Assembly: GCA_964016885.1 (NCBI GenBank)
Contig: OZ024747.1
Location: 1,550,001 to 1,614,000 of the forward strand
DNA length: 64,000 bases
Direction: 5' to 3'
Source: Eledone cirrhosa
Taxonomy: Eukaryota
The translations under genes were made by a program, and so were the position numbers. A model generated the notes under the pieces. It did no database searches. It saw only the letters and a list, made by a program, of their open reading frames with translations, and was not told the origin of the DNA. Below are positions 39,980-54,095 of this stretch, piece after piece; the first letter of the stretch is position 1, and the number at the start of each line of letters is the position of its first letter.

Positions 39980-41090
39980 GGGTGTGCAGCCCCAGAATGT
40001 GTGATATTAATATGAATCAGAACCAAATTCTGCTAGGTACCTACAATATTAAAAGAGAAGCTTTTAGTCTTTTCTTTACTTTGAAAGGAGACAATGAGGC
40101 AGCAGGTGAAAATGATTTCATAGGTGGCTGGAACTGTAAAAAGTGTACTGGATCGCAGTGTAAGAATTCAAAGTCAATCTGCCAGTGCTTGAAATAACTG
40201 CAGAAAAAAAAATTTAAAGAATTCTTAAGAAATGTAAAAGAAGAGAACTACGATGACAAATATTTTATGTTGATGAACCTTATTTTAGAATTGTATTCTT
40301 ACAAACACATTCTTTGTGATAGAAGAAATTGTAATTTTAATAGGAGGAAATGTTGGAGGTGATTCTAAACTAAAACCAATGGTTATAAACTATTCAAAAT
40401 CCTAAAACTCTGAGTACTGTCAGCAAGCATTATTAGTTATCTGGTGCTGTAATAAAATGCATGAGTAACGAAGTCGCTTTTTGAAGATTCACACAGGATC
40501 TATTTGTATTCAGCAGTAAAAAAACATATTGGGGACAAAATAATGTTAACTTTAAACTGGCTGTATCTGTCCAGAATTCTCTCACCTCTTTCTGTTCAAA
40601 TGGTTGCTCATACTCATGTTAAGGTATTGTTCTCAAAATAAATATCAAAATCTTGTAGATTTGGATGGTATGTGAGATAAAGTGTTTACTGTGAAAATAC
40701 AATAGTAAATATAGAGTAATGTAAATGGTAAAGGGTTGTTGCTCTTCATTGCCACCCTCCTGCATTAAATGACATGATTGAAAATGTAATAATCATGTTT
40801 TTACTTCCTAATATGACATTCAATGTGCAACCTATGGACCTTGGGGGGGGGGGGGGTCTTTGTAATTTTTAAGGTCTTCTACATGGAGTGACTCTCTCCC
40901 TGATCTATGAGCTACACACTTCGAGTAATGTTACTCCAATGACCTCTGCCTTTGTCATCAGTTGACCTGGCATTGCAGTACTTTTAAGGTCAATTATTTA
41001 AAAATCATTAGTTGAGTTCTGGAAGAAATTTAACATAAAAATGCAGTTGAAAATATTCAAAAGCCTTGACTGAGAATGACATTACGCAAC
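39980..41090 (+). mobile_element. Decayed pogo/Tigger transposase remnant
   Basis: Fragments QIFYVDE (~40258), GGNVGGDSKLKPMVI (~40343) and FLLPNMTFNVQPMDLG (~40798) occur in the order expected for Tigger DDE_1. Many stops; boundaries approximate. Confidence 0.7.
40546..40737 (-). mobile_element. Third copy of the TTAA MITE family, inserted in the Tigger remnant
   Basis: Reverse complement of the 5847-6043 copy (ctcatactcatgttaaggtattgtt; aatagtaaatatagagtaatg...aaaggg). Confidence 0.6.
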
Positions 41091-41895
41091 ATGAAATTTG
41101 TATCTATACTATACTATACTATACTATGCTATACTCTACTGTACTATACTATACTGTACTATACTATGCTGTGCTATACTATACTGTACTATACTATGCT
41201 GTGCTATAGTTGTCCATTTCTTCCTTACTGTTTCAGGCATCAAGTAGGATTTCTCTGAATTTGTTGCCAGTTCATCTTCCACATCTTATATATTGTGTTC
41301 CCAGTAAAGAGGGGAACAAAAATTGAATACTGAAAATATATTTTTGGCATATTTGGAACCTCCAGTATTCAAAACATTAAAATCCAAATTTCTGTAAACC
41401 AAGAAATCCAAGATTAATTTTTGTACTCTCTAATTATTAGTAATACCTGGTGAAGATGTCACATAGTGAAATAGAGTTGTAAACCAAACTTGTTAACCAC
41501 ACAGCCATATGTCAGATGATAGCTGGCTGATGTTCAGGAAATGTCTGTTTACTGACAATGTTCATATATTCTGAAATGACTTTTTAATAGCAGGTGATGA
41601 TTTACAAGGTATAGAGCAAGCATGGGCAACCATTTATTGAGCAGTCGGCCTGCATAAGATGTAGATCATTACAAGGTGGGACGCACTACTATGAAATTAG
41701 GCATTCAGAAAGCCAAACATTGAAAATTAAATTAAATTAAATCATTATTATTCTATCTAAAAGAGTGGTTGATTGACAGTATTGGTAGAGCATCGGACAA
41801 CATGCTTTATAGCACAGAGTTATGGCCCTTTGTGTTCTGAGTTCAAATCCTGCCAAGGTTAGCTTTGTCTTTCATTCTTACTGAGTCAATAAAGT

Positions 41896-43305
41896 ACCAC
41901 CACCACCACTACTACTACCACCATTGTCACCATCATTCTTAACACCAGTACTACCACATCAACACCACCACCTCAGTAGCACCAGCTAGTCACCAGCACC
42001 ACACTTCCTCCACCACCACCACCACTACTACTACCACCACTACCTCCACTATTACTATTACTACCACCACTACTACCACCATTGTTACCATTCTTAACAC
42101 CAGTACTATTACCTCAGTAGCACCAGCTAGTCACCACCACCACCACTACTACTACCACCACTACTACCACAATCACCACCACTACTACCACCACCACTAC
42201 TACTACCACCACTACTACCACTACCACAACCACTACCACCACAACCACGTCCACCACCACAACCACATCCACAACCACATCCACAACCACCACCACCACC
42301 ACCACCACCACTACCACCACCACCACTACCACCACCACTACCACCACCACCACCACCACTACCACCACCACCACCACCACCACCACTACCACCACCACCA
42401 CCACCACTACCACCACCACCACCACCACCACCACCACCACTACCACCACTACCACCACCACCACCACTACCACCACCACCACCACTACCACCACCACCAC
42501 TACCACCACTACCACCACTACCACTATCACCACTACCACCACCACCAACACCACCACCACCACCACCACCACCACCACCACCACTACCACCACCACCACC
42601 ACCACCACTACCACCACCACCACCACTACCACCACCACCACCACTACCACCACCACCACCACCACCACCACCACCACCACTACCACCACCACCACTACCA
42701 CCACCACCACCACTACCACCACCACCACCACCACCACCACCACCACCACCACCACCACCCCCACCACCACTACCACCACCACCACCACCACCACTACCAC
42801 CACCACCACTACCACCACCACCACCACCACCACCACCACCACCACTACCACCACCACCACCACCACCACCACCACCACCACTACCACCACCACCACCACC
42901 ACCACTACCACCACCACCACCACCACCACTACCACCACCACCACCACCACCACCACCACCACCACTACCACCACCACCACCACCACCACTACCACCACCA
43001 CCACCACCACCACTACCACCACCACCACCACCACCACTACCACCACCACCACCACCACCACCACCACCACCACTACCACCACCACCACCACCACCACTAC
43101 CACCACCACCACCACCACCACCACCACCACCACCACCACCACTACCACCACCACCACCACCACCACTACCACCACCACCACCACCACCACTACCACCACC
43201 ACCACCACCACCACTACCACCACTACCACCACCACTACCACCACCACCACCACTACCACCACCACCACCACTACCACCGCCACCACCACCACCACCACCA
43301 CCATC
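41896..43305. repeat. (CAC/TAC)n trinucleotide tract
   Basis: Source of the poly-Val and poly-Gly ORFs. Confidence 0.97.
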
Positions 43306-43794
43306 AGTCAACAATGCTGACGTGTTCTTCCCTCTATGGCTGACAGTAGTTCTACAACTACAGCTGAACATTTCTCAACTTTCTTCCTCTTTACAATATC
43401 TAAACATTGACTTTCATTTGCACCACCTCTCCCCCTATCACTCTCACTCTCTTTCTCTCACTCTCCCCCTCTCTATCTCTCTCTCTCTCTATCTCTCTCT
43501 CTCACTCTCTATCTCTCTCTCTCTCTCTCACTCTCACTCACTCACTCACTCACTCTCACTCACCCACTCACTCTCTCTCACACCCACTCTCTCTCTCTCT
43601 CACTCACTCTCTCTCTCACTCTCTCTCACTCTCTCACTCATTCACTCTCACTCACCCACTCACTCTCTCTCACACCCACTCTCTCTCTCTCTCAGCCCAC
43701 CCACCCCCACCTCATCCCTCCCTCTCTCGAGTGATGTTTTTTTTTGTTATTTTCTATTCTTTGTGTTAAGAGTTATGGAGTTTTACCATTTTTA

Positions 43795-44450
43795 AATATG
43801 TGAATGTTGTATATATATATATATATACATACATACATATATACATATGAATGTGTGTGTGTATATATATATATATGAATGTTGTTTGTGTGTATATATA
43901 TATATGTGAATGTTGTGTATATATATATATATATATGTGAATGTTGTGTATATATATATATATATGTATGTGAATGTTGTGTGTATATATATATATTTGT
44001 GAATGTTGTGTGTATATATATATATTTGTGAATGTTGTGTATATATATATATGTATGTGAATGTTGTGTGTGTATATATATGTATGTGAATGTGTGTATA
44101 TATATATATATATATGTATGTGAATGTGTGTATATATATATGTATGTGAATGTGTGTATATATATATGTATGTGAATGTTGTGTGTGTATATATATATAT
44201 ATATATGTATGTGAATGTTGTGTGTATATATATATATATATGTATGTGAATGTTGTGTGTATATATATATATATATGTATGTGAATGTTGTGTGTATATA
44301 TATATATATATGTATGTGAATGTTGTGTGTATATATATATATATATGTATGTGAATGTTGTGTGTATATATATATATATATGTATGTGAATGTTGTGTGT
44401 ATATATATATATATATATATGTATGTGAATGTAGTGTGTATATATATATA
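43795..44450. repeat. Compound (TA)n-GTATGTGAATGTTGTGTG minisatellite
   Basis: About 20 variable-length units. A similar array (ATGTTGTGCATGTGTG) lies at 16190-16600. Confidence 0.92.
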
Positions 44451-45202
44451 GACAGTCCTATGCGAGCAAGACAACCACTCTTGCCTCAAGTGGGAAAACT
44501 CCCGTCCAAACCCATGCAAGCGTCGAACATGGACGTTAAACGATAACGATGATGATGATGATGATGTATGTGAATGTGTGTATATATATATGTATGTGAA
44601 TGTTGTGTGTATATATATATATGTGAATGTTGTGTGTATATTTGTAATTTTATTCTTTTACCTGTTTCAGTCATTAAATTGTAAACTATACTGGGTTACT
44701 TATTTTATCGATCTCTTTGTTATCGGTGGTGGTGGTAGATATACTATACTTTCACACATACACAGGTGATGCATTGTGTCCTTGAACAAGACACTTTATT
44801 TCACGTTGCTCCAGTTTACTCAGCTGTAGAAATGGGTTGTGATGTCACTGGTGCCAAGCTATTTTGGCCTTTGGTTTTCCCTTGGACACCATTGGTGGTG
44901 TCAAGAGGGGAGACCGGTATGTATGGACGACTACTGGTCTTCTACAAACAACCTTGCTCGGACTTGTCTCGGAATGAAAACTTTTGAGGTACAAATTCCA
45001 TAGTCATTCCTGACTGACTGAAGGGGGTCTTTACCTTTTTACCTTATATATATATATACATGCATACACACACTCCATGGAAGTTGAGTTATATATATAA
45101 TATATGTAGTAAAGTAGTAAAGAATCAGTGGAATTGGAAAAGAGAAAAGAAGAGTGCTCAATCTGGTGTGAGAGCTAATATATTATATTATTTATTTATG
45201 AG

Positions 45203-45395
45203 GGCGGGGGATTGGCAGTATCGGTAGAGGGTCGGACGCCATGCTTTGACGCATAGAGTTACGGCCCTTGCCATTCTGAGTTCAAATCCTGCCAAGGTTA
45301 ACTTTGCCTTTCATCCTTACGTGGTCGATAAAATAAAGTACCAGTAATGCACTGGGTAATTGCTGGCCTTGTGCCTATAGTAGAAACAATTGTTT
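45203..45395 (+). mobile_element. SINE family A copy
   Basis: Same A/B boxes, body and 3' end as 33088-33272. Confidence 0.85.
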
Positions 45396-45890
45396 ATTTA
45401 TGTTCATACAAGGAACAAAAAGTGCTACCTAAAGTTCCAAGGTCCAATTATGACCATCTATGCAGATTGTGTATGGTGGTGCAGAAGAGCAATCAAATTT
45501 GTGACCTAGTCATCAGGTGCTTGATCACACTTCCACCTTGCACCACCATTTTTACATGCTTGGATTGGAGGGGTCCTTTTCAGCACAGCATCTCTCCACA
45601 CATCATGTTCCTTTGTCATCTCCTCAGTCTCAGTAATTTCACATCAATTCTCACCACCTCTACCCAGGTCTTTTTTACCTCTGCTGTGGCTTCCCTTCCC
45701 TCACATTTCCTAGCACTTCTTCACCCAGTGATATTTAAATAAAAATCTCCTGTATCTGTCACCTGACAACTTCTGGTGGACACTGCCACCTTGTCAAATT
45801 CCTGTTACTTTATAACTCCCTCTTTTATCTGGATGCCTCCCCCTCTTGGTATTGTTGTTTTAATAAGTAGTTAGGTAGCTAGACATGAAG

Positions 45891-46027
45891 GTAGCTAGAC
45901 ATCCAGGTAAGCTATGTAGCTAGACATCCAGGTAAGCTATATAGCTAGACATCCAGGTAAGCTATGTAGCTAGACATCCAGGTAAGCTATGTAGCTAGAC
46001 ATCCAGGTAAGCTATGTAGCTAGACAT
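45891..46027. repeat. 25-bp minisatellite x5.5
   Basis: Unit GTAGCTAGACATCCAGGTAAGCTAT. Confidence 0.93.
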
Positions 46028-46482
46028 GAAGGAAAGGTAACTCAGTGTTGGCGGTGTACATTTAATAATTTGGATTTCTGCACCTAGATCATTAGTAAGG
46101 TTCATTTGAGCATGCCATGAATATCACACCCTCCTCCATATACCTGAGACATTGTATGTAGTAGTAGTAGTTGTAGTGGTGGTGGTGATAGTAGCTGTAG
46201 TGGTGGTAGTTGTAGTGGTGTTGGTGGTTGTAGTAGTGGTGGTAGTGGTAGTGGTGGTGGTAGTGGTAGTAGTGGTGGTTGTAGTGGTGGTTGTAGTTGT
46301 AGTGGTGGTGGTGATGGTAGTAGTGGTAGTTGTAGTGGTGGTGGTGGTTGAAGTTGTAGTAGTGGTTGTAGTGGTGGTGGTGGTAGTAGTGGTAGTTGTG
46401 GTGGTAGTGTTACCAGTCATGGTAAAAGGGATTAAGACTGGGAAATATGAGAGACACATCGCTGGATAGAGACTGGTTTAGT

Positions 46483-46853
46483 ATATAGTACGGTAGGAAA
46501 TAGAGGGTAGGTAGATATAGTACGGTAGGAAATAGAGGGTAGGTAGATATAGTACGGTAGGAAATAGAGGGTAGGTAGATATAGTACGGTAGGAAATAGA
46601 GGGTAGGTAGATATAGTACGGTAGGAAATAGAGGGTAGGTAGATATAGTACGGTAGGAAATAGAGGCTAGGTAGATATAGTACGGTAGGAAATAGAGGGT
46701 AGGTAGATATAGTACGGTAGGAAATAGAGGGTAGGTAGATATAGTACGGTAGGAAATAGAGGGTAGGTAGATATAGTACGGTAGGAAATAGAGGGTAGGT
46801 AGATATAGTACGGTAGGAAATAGAGGGTAGGTAGATATAGTACGGTAGGAAAT
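46483..46853. repeat. 32-bp minisatellite x11.5
   Basis: Unit ATATAGTACGGTAGGAAATAGAGGGTAGGTAG. Confidence 0.96.
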
Positions 46854-48609
46854 ATAAGGAAATAAAGGATAGGTAGATATAAATATAGATTGATAGACAA
46901 ACAGCTAGATAATGACATGGCTGGTTAGAAAGATAGCTACATGGATAGATATGGATGAAGCAGACAGTTTGATAGACAGACAGGTAAATCAATATTGCAG
47001 ATAAACAGGTGTATGAAGGTATTAGGAGTTGGGGAGGGTGGAGAGTTAGGCAGAGAATGACAAGGTGATTGGAGGGGTAGAAGGATGGACATATGTGATT
47101 GGGTACTAATGTGATAAGGGTTTACCACCTACACCACCATCTCTTCCACCATCACCACCAACACCACCAACACCATCACCACCATCACCACCACCACCAC
47201 CATCACCATCTCCACCACCATCACCACCTTCACCACCTCCACCATCAACAGCAACACCATTATCTCTCACTCACCCTCCTCTACACACTTTTGTGTATGT
47301 ATATTTATTGAATAGGTGCATGTGTGAGTGTGTATGTGAGAGAGTTTATAGGATAGTTTCAAGAGGAGGAGGGGGGTGTAATACCCAGGTGATTGCTGAT
47401 GAGGATTTGGTTAAGTTTTAAGGTGAGAGAGATGGAAGGTGTGGTGATGAGAGACAGAGGAAGAACAATAAAAGTAGAAGTGATATAAGACAGCTATCAA
47501 GTTATTGGGTGAAGAGATGATAGTGTGAGAGGTTGAAGTATGTTCCTGATTTAATCTTTACCAACTGCATTACTTTGTGTTGTGTATGTTGAGATAGCAA
47601 CAGCTCCCTTCTATACATGTGTTACTACATGGTCTGTTATGGCAGTTAATATTGAGATAGCAACAGCTCCCTTCCATACATGTGTACATTACTACATGGT
47701 CTGTCATGGAGTTAATCTTGAAAATAATAAAGAATTTGGAGAGATTTAGTAAAATAACTGTCATTAATATTAATCTGATGTTTGGAGCATATCTTATCAA
47801 AACATTTTCTCATAAAGATATTATTTCGATATGAATCTTAAAAATGAGTGGTTTTGTATGATAGAAGCAGGGATTGTCTCATGTAACGTATGCCTGCCTA
47901 CCATGCTGGCATAGATTATATTCAATAATATATTCCATTAGTTGGAATACATGATGACACAGTTTTAATAATTGGATGACTGAAAAATCAAAATTTTACT
48001 TTTCCATACATAGTTTCCATAATTAGATTCTGGGGTTTGAAATATGGTAAGGGCAAAACTCATAAATTCACGTTGTTCTAGTATACTCAGCTGGAAGTGA
48101 GTACCAGCAATACCCTGTGATGGACTGGCATCCTGTCTAAGGGGAGTCTTGTACTCTCTGTCACTTCACACCACGGAAACTGAGATAAGCACTCGCCTGA
48201 TGAGCCTCCAAGTTCGAGACAGACTTTAACCTGTGATGGACTGGTGTCCTATGCAGGAGGAAGTCTTGTACTCTGTCGCTTCACGCCAGTAACAGACAGT
48301 GAGTTACTGAGTTTGTGAGTCTCATAATATGTCAGACTGAGAGAAATAAAGAGATTGCAGTTGCTCCTGATAAATAGTTCATTAATAATCTATTCAGTGA
48401 GGTGGTGGTATAATCTTGCAGTATTCTAGTAAATACTTAGTCAAGTGGTGACATTTTGTAAATATCTTAGATCTAACATTTAAATAGTCTCTGAATCTCT
48501 GAAGCTCTTTTCAGCTATGTGTTACACACATTTTTGTACCATTGATGTATGGTCTGCATTCCTTGAAGATCTCCCACTTGGTGTTGTATACAGTACCATG
48601 TTCTTTCAA

Positions 48610-48810
48610 ATTTAAGGCCTCCATGCTTCCCGAGATCCGCCAACACTACAGCTAATGTTCCCCCTCCATACACATACACACATGTATACCATGATTCATA
48701 CACTATTCACTTCCCTGACATTTGTGTATTATTCTATGTACTATACATACACCTTTGACGAGTTGTAGTGCACCTGAGCACTTTATACAGTAATTTCATT
48801 ATTATTATTA
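48610..48810 (+). mobile_element. Short 3' end of the same CR1 family
   Basis: Near-identical to 57675-57863 (cctccatgcttcc..gagat..gccaacactaca ... gacgagttgtagtgcacctgag ... ttcattattatta). Confidence 0.85.
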
Positions 48811-49199
48811 AATACCAGTTGTATTCCTCTTGATATTTCTGTAAGAATTACAATAGTTGTTTAAATCTACCCCATACTATGCCTGCATAAAGTTGGTAGT
48901 TAGTTCTGATAGAAATAGTAACCAGATTTTCCTCATATCACACTCTAATGTTTTATTGTGTGTATGAGTCAACAAGACAAACATCTACATGGGTGTTAGA
49001 TCTGTTATAAATAGCAACCAAATCTACCTTAAATCACCCTAATGTCTAAGAAACTAGACATATTGGAACGTGTAGCCTGAGATACAGAATTGTTCGTGTC
49101 AGACAAAATGCTTTACACTATTGGGTTATGGGCCTTTATATTCTGTGTTCACATACCCAACATTCAACTTTGATGTGAATTATTTGGATTTTTAAATAT

Positions 49200-49830
49200 T
49201 CTAAATTGTATTTGAGATGCTGGAGAGAGGGCAAGTACTTGCAGGCTATATAGAAGTGACAAGATGAAGGTGACCGTCAGATAGACTCCTTGTGGGCAAT
49301 GAGGTAGATGAAGTCGGTGTAATGTTAGGTTTTAGATATATACAGTGTACTTTATATATACAGGAAAGGAATATGTAGGGATTCCATACAGTGTGCTCAA
49401 TATAAACTATGGGTACATAAGGGATGTTATGGGATCACATGGAAACTGACAAAACCTGGACTGGACTTTATATGTGGCAGATGCACAGTTAGCTACCAGG
49501 GCATCTGTAAAAAAGGTTTCATAGAAGCAGTTGAAAACACCTGTTACCCAGGTTAACCTAATTAGTATTGGAGCAGCTAATTAGCAATGGAGAAGGGTGC
49601 TTTGAAATCATAGTAGCTAGAATAAGAACTGGGTAATGGGAAAAGTTCAGAGAGCTGTTACCTCTGCTGGTAACAAATGGATTTTCTTTCTTCGAGCAAA
49701 AAGGTGATGGTATGATGCTTGTGTACATAGTGCAATGTTGCATGGTAGTAAGTCTATTGAATGTAGATATGTTAAGGCTGGGAAAAAGTGAGTATGCTCG
49801 GCTGGAGGTGTAATGTTAGTGTGTGTGAAG
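49200..49830 (+). mobile_element. Decayed RTE LINE fragment
   Basis: ctagaataagaactggg...aagttcagagagctgttacctctgctggtaacaaa...tatgatgcttgtgtac..agtgcaatgttgcatggtag, homologous to the 9 kb and 31 kb copies. Confidence 0.7.
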
Positions 49831-51298
49831 GGTGAATTGAGCAAAATGTGTGTTTGTATACACACCCACACACAAATATATATACAGGTAAAATATCATT
49901 ATAATGAATTTTTCAGTATGACAAAGGTTTTTTTCACTCCCCGAGGTAATAACAAACAAATGCTCAACTTGTTTCGTTCGATCTCGTTATAAAGAATTTT
50001 TTTTCACTATATATATATGTATATATATTAGTGCTGGAGAGAGTCCATCTAACCCATGTAAGCATGGAAAAGCAGACAAAAGGATCACACACATACACAG
50101 CGAGAGAGAGAGAGAGAGAGACCTGATGACCACTTTTGGCGCAAAACTGTGAGGTAATGAAACAGTTTTTAACTGACAAGTGAAAACAGAAATATTTCCC
50201 ATCAGGCAACAGTTCTCAATCTGGGTGGGAAAACTCCATTGAGTTAGCAGTGTGTGTGTGAAGTGAAAGGTTATGTTTGTGTGGGGAGAGTTGAATATGA
50301 CAATCTGTGAGAGTTTACAGGGGAGTTGGGGGTCTATAAGTGGGTGTAATGGAGGTTGATCTTGATTAACTAGCTGTGTAGTTCAACTATTGTCATTAAC
50401 CATCATCATCATAATAATCATTGCCATCATTAATCTTGAAATTAGACACATTTCCTCTCTTTATCTGTTCTATCTATCCCCCTCTCTCTATATATATCTA
50501 TCTATCTACCTCTCTCACTCTCTCTTCTATCTACCTCTCTCTCTCTCTATCTATCTATTCTATCACCCCCCTCTCCCTATCCATCATCACCATCAACATT
50601 GTACATCTGTTTTCCATGCTGGCATCTGTTGGATGAGTTGTTAGCATCCACATTTCTTTTTCAGAATTACTGTCTTCGTAGATTGGTTAGGCGTTTACAC
50701 CTGGCTCGCATATTCTATATATATATATATATATACAAAGTGTTAAAACGATCAAATTTTAGTTTAGAACATTTATTAGCTGACAATTGTTTCTTCCAGA
50801 GGGAAGTCTGGAATCATCGGAGCATAAGGAATGTCGAACACATGTAACTAGAATCTTGTCATTTAGAACATTTAGGGTACATAGTTGTTATTAGTGTCAA
50901 AGGCATTATGTGGAGATTCAGGAGTTACAAAGATGTTCCGCTTGAAATAACACAATTACAGGTAGCACTGGTTGGAAGTGTAATAGGTATAAGTAAAAGT
51001 AAGAATCACAAGCAAAAAAGTTATATATATATATATGAGAGAGAGAGGGGAGGGGGCATGAATGGACCTGTTATTTATCTCTAAAAACGTTTTTTTTTGT
51101 TTCCCCCACTGTTCGTCTCTTCAAACTTTCTATTTCTTTATTTCCCATTCTATCTTCTGATGAAGGACCAGTGCCCAAAACATTAAGACTCTCTTCCTAC
51201 TATATCAAGCATAAAACTAATAATATATTTTTCCATTGTGTTGTGTCGTTTGCTTTGTTATTTCTGTTTTCCTCTTGCCTACATATATAATATATATA

Positions 51299-52557
51299 CA
51301 GGGTGTGGACGATATTTGTTCTCAATTTTCAACTGCTAATTTTATGCAAATTTTTTTTACTTCCGTTGTCACTCTTGTCTTCATAATAACAGTGACTATA
51401 TTTCCATTATTTATTTTCAGAATAATTGATTATGAATAATTTTGAACCTCCAAATTTGTGGAAGAGACACAGAGTTCTTGGAATCCATGCCGGGAGGACA
51501 AATAAGGAAATTTCAGACTTTCTCAGCATCAGCAGGAGAATGGTGGAAATGGTCAAAAAGGAGTTGGAAGATTCAGGATTCAACTAGGAAGCAACATCAG
51601 AGAGGAAAACACATGATCGACGATCTGACGCCTTCAGAATGCCCGAGTTCGTCGCTGAAGTTCAGGATATCATCAACAATGAACCTAGCAAGTTGATGCG
51701 TGGATAAAAAGCTCATAAGGCTGGTGGTACATGAAGACATTCGCTACGTTTCATACAAGATGAGGTAAGGACAATTTCTGTCAAAGGCGATGCAAGAAAA
51801 GCGACTGAAGCACGCAAAGAAGCTGATCAACAAGTTGAAACACCCACTGGAGCCAGACATGCTGTGGTTTTTCTCCGCCGAGAAAAACTTCTGCCAAGAC
51901 CAGAAGATCAACTCCCAGAACAACAGGTGGCTCGCTGTCTCATCCAAAGACGTGCCCAGAGTCATGCAAACAAAGTTTCCAGCGACAACATTGGTCTTAG
52001 GTCAAGGTGACGTCAGGCCACCTCACTTCTTCCCTGAGGGCCTCAAGCTGAACACCGATGGCTACATCCGCGTTCTGAGCAAGGTAGTAAAGCCCTGGAT
52101 CGACCAGGTAGCTGCAGGTAGGCCATACGTGTGGCAGCAAGACTCAGCACCCTGCCATACTAGCCGAAAGACCCAAGCCTGGCTGTCAGAGAACTTCGTT
52201 GACCACACATCACCTGACATCTGGCTTCCCAGCTCGCCTGACTGCAATCCCCTCGACTTCTTTGTGTGGGGCGCAGTGGAACGAGACACCAACAGATCTA
52301 GCTGCAATACGAAAGACGATCTGAAGGCCAGGATCACAAGTGCCTTTAGGAGCCTAAGTCGGGGGGACAGTGACGAAGGCTTGTAGCTGGTTCCGAGGCT
52401 GTCATCAAAGCCAATGGCGGGTTTATCGAGTGAGATCGAAAGAACAAGTCATGAAGACAAACTGACCCAAGTTTGATAAATATATCTTAAAAAATAAAAC
52501 TAGTGTGTTATTTTTTCCTAGACAGTAATCTTGCGAACAAATATCGTCCACACCCTG
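51299..52557 (+). mobile_element. Tc1/mariner DNA transposon, DD37D (maT) type, both ends present, transposase disrupted
   Basis: 27-bp TIRs CAGGGTGTGGACGATATTTGTTC(T/G)CAA with one mismatch and TA on both sides. ORF 51790-52386 has FSAEK (first D replaced by A), WQQDSAPCH and SPDCNPLD, with 37 residues between the last two D. The N-terminal part contains stops. Confidence 0.92.
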
Positions 52558-52803
52558 TATATATATATAATATATATATATATATACCATCATCATCATT
52601 AACGTCCTTTTTCTATGGTAGTATAATATATAGATATATATGTATAAAGTAAAAGTGAAAAAGCACAGGGGTATACTTAAGGATTATTTTTTCTTTAATC
52701 CAAAAAAATGAAAATTTTGTAATTTTTACATTAAATGGATTTAAATGTTGTCAGATATTACTGTCTTTGATTAGTATGTCAATCTTACGTCTGTTCATAT
52801 ATA

Positions 52804-52841
<38 letters not shown>

Positions 52842-53730
52842 CCTTTTTTACCTGTTTTAGCCCATGGGCTGTAGCCATGTTAGGAAACCAGTTTTTGAGG
52901 CTTTAATAAACGTGTGTATGTGTATGTGTGTGTGTTACAAGTAAGAAACGTAGGCTGTAATTGTTCAGCTTATTTAGGTTAGTGTGTGTAAATATTTGGA
53001 GGATATAGTAAGTCTTGTTTTGAAAAAGCTGAGGGTTGTAACTTTCACATGTGTTTGTGTTGTATTTTTTAGAGATGCTGTATGATGAAAATATGAGTAA
53101 GCGTGTTCAAACATCTCTAATGGGCTTGAACAGTGTGTGGGAATACTCTCTGGTGTGCAGAACCCTAGCCTAGGTGCAAACTGCTTTGTGGTCCCAGTGG
53201 ACAGAATGTGGAAAGCATTGCTCCATAGAATGATGAGGGAGATGTGTTGAAGTAGCCATTCCAACTCACTGGACTCACTGCTGTGTGGCCAACTTTGTCT
53301 TGATAATAGTGAGTAGGGAGGTGGTTCGGGGACCAAGAATACCACAAGTCTCTTTTACTAAAGGTTCAACAACAAACCTATCAGAGAGCTGCCAATACTT
53401 TATCAGATTGTCATGTTTGGTTTGTCAAGCTACTTACTTGTAACAAGTCATCAGCATTATTCATGTTGTTGGTCTTAGTATTGTTCTAATGTTAGAAAAC
53501 ATTCCTACAAGAAACAGACCATAGCTAGTTATTTCCTGGTGTTATCAATTATTGTAAGATGGAACTGCTCCACAGAGCTTTTTATCAGATTCTATACTGG
53601 CTCAGTAATATTATAATAGAGATAAATAGGTGGTGGTGGGGTGGGGGCTGTAGATGGTGAAGTATGATGGTGGTGAAGCTAAAGTTGGTCACCACCACCA
53701 CCACTAACACCATCCTGTCTTCTATTACAG

Positions 53731-53787
53731 ATGCTATTGCAGGAGATGAAAATATTCGTGTGACCACATCTTTGAAAAGTAAAAAAG
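53731..53787 (+). CDS. LMAN1: LMAN1 exon 2 (DAIAGDENIRVTTSLKSKKG)
   Basis: Acceptor ctattacAG, donor G|GTGAGA, phases 1/1. Confidence 0.92.
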
Positions 53788-54095
53788 GTGAGAATCCATC
53801 TTGTTTGTTTTATGAATCACAGACAGACAGACACACACACACACACACACACCCACACCCACACCCACACCCACACACCCACACACACACACTGTAGCCT
53901 CTACAGACACACACACACACACACTGTAGCCTCTACACACATGTTACAGTGTGCACACATACATCCATAGACATAGATATACATACATGTGTGCCTATCA
54001 TAGCCACTTACATATATAGACATAAACATATATACACACACACTGTCAGTAAGAAAGAAGATGAGGTGGCATGCATCCTGTTTTGTCTTTTGTAG

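Noticed and set aside
42114-43371. Poly-Val and Gly/Ser-rich ORFs
   Set aside because: Translations of a (GGT)n microsatellite in LMAN1 intron 1.
49884-50008. Possible pogo-type MITE (tacaggtaaaatatcattataatga ... tcgttataaagaattttttttcactata)
   Set aside because: The inverted match is too degenerate to support without a repeat library.
51157-51190. CTGATGAAGG...CCCAAAAC, Penelope-type minimal hammerhead remnant
   Set aside because: The GAAA core is mutated and stems I and III cannot be built. At most a dead relic.
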